DNA of 9,349 nucleotides from Escherichia coli (GTDB lineage Bacteria; Pseudomonadota; Gammaproteobacteria; Enterobacterales; Enterobacteriaceae): NCBI RefSeq assembly GCF_003334315.1, contig NZ_QOWR01000090.1; one strand, 5' to 3'. Shown piece by piece: positions 8,538 to 9,349 of this stretch (position 1 is its first letter; each line of letters starts with the position of its first letter). The notes under the pieces were generated by a model. It saw only the letters and a program-made list of their open reading frames with translations, ran no database searches and was not told where the DNA came from. The position numbers and the translations under genes were made by a program.

Positions 8538-9005
8538 GAGTGACTAGGCGAGGGAGAAATCCCTCGCCGCCTCTGATGTGTCAGGCATCCTCAACGCACC
8601 CACACTTAACCTGATTCGGCGAGTTTATTTTATCTGTGAATATTTTTATAAAAATAATGCCCATACACAGCAAAAAACAAAAAGTATTACAGATAAAAAA
8701 GGAGCGTAATGTGCAGATTTGTTGTTTTCCATATTTACTCACCTTAATATGATTAATCCTGATAGGATTGTTATTTCAGCGGTTTTCAAATGAGATATTA
8801 TGGTGATCTGACAAATTTGCATAACATTAAAATTTAATTTGTTTAACCGCTTTTAATAATAAGCGTTGTTTGTATCCCAGCAATCTGTTGTTTGGTTTTT
8901 ATTCCATTAAGGTGGGGGCTTTACACTGGAACCAGTTTATTTATACTTTATACGTCAGCCTGAACAACTGGCATCTGCTGCACTGCGCCATCGAGAGATT
9001 GAGAA

Positions 9006-9272
9006 ATGGCGCATATACAACTGGTCAAACAAACTTCTTCTGGTTTACTTCTCCCGGCGACGCCGGAGAGTTGCGATTTTCTGCATCAAATCAAAATAGG
9101 TGAGTGGATACACGCAGACTTTAAGCGTGTGCGTAACTACGCATTCCACAAGCGTTTTTTCAAACTCCTGCAACTGGGATTCGATTACTGGACTCCGGTC
9201 GGTGGGGCGATCACGCCTCGCGAACGAGAACTGCTGTCTGGTTTCGTTGATTACCTGTGCGAATCAGTTGGT
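9006..9272 (+). pseudogene. N-terminal fragment (89 codons) of a hypothetical, possibly prophage-type, gene truncated by an IS2-like insertion
   Basis: ORF runs directly into the IS terminus; its stop codon TAG (9273-9275) is formed by the first three bases of the IS2-like inverted repeat. Lies in AT-rich DNA. Product family not confidently recognised. Confidence 0.45.
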
Positions 9273-9349
9273 TAGACTGGCCCCCTGAATCTCCAGACAG
9301 TTGGTATCACTTAAGTTAGTGATAGTCTTAATACTAGTTTTTAGACTAG
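9273..9349 (+). mobile_element. Left terminus of an IS2-like insertion sequence (IS3 family), partial; element continues beyond the window
   Basis: TAGACTGGCCCCCTGAATCTCCAGACA...ATCACTTAA...GTGATAGTCTTAATACTAGTTTTTAGACTAG matches the IS2 left end as I recall it at roughly 90%, with differences clustered at 9299-9304 and 9315-9318. The transposase orfA start would lie just past the window end. Confidence 0.75.

Noticed and set aside
8709-8747. Tiny 12-codon ORF (MCRFVVFHIYSP) after an AAGGAG motif
   Set aside because: Spacer only 4 nt and the peptide is very short; could be chance in AT-rich DNA. Not reported as a feature.
8870-9288. Overlapping + strand ORFs 8870-9103 and 9100-9288
   Set aside because: Alternative frames over the AT-rich region and the 9006-9272 ORF; the second runs into the IS inverted repeat; no SD and no recognisable protein features.

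Overview
Mosaic, accessory-type enterobacterial region; no single feature here is clearly a new system, and the most novel candidates are an unannotated 29-codon hydrophobic ORF beside a hok/sok locus and a repeat-bracketed transporter/DUF2254 cassette. Left edge: tail of a mobile-element-like module, with two + strand genes; the first is a phage-type replication-associated protein whose 5' coding region carries four copies of an 11-bp iteron-like repeat. Centre: a BetT-like BCCT transporter and a DUF2254 membrane protein on the + strand, bracketed by an imperfect ~30-45 bp direct repeat, followed by a convergent minus-strand operon (MFS transporter, ChaC-family gamma-glutamylcyclotransferase, LysR regulator). 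Right: a ~420 bp ORF-free spacer, the small hydrophobic ORF with a consensus Shine-Dalgarno (SD), a complete hok/mok/sok type I toxin-antitoxin locus, an AT-rich segment, and an 89-codon ORF cut off by the terminus of an IS2-like element that runs off the window. No rRNA, tRNA or CRISPR array was seen. All calls are by eye and from memory of protein families; no searches were run.
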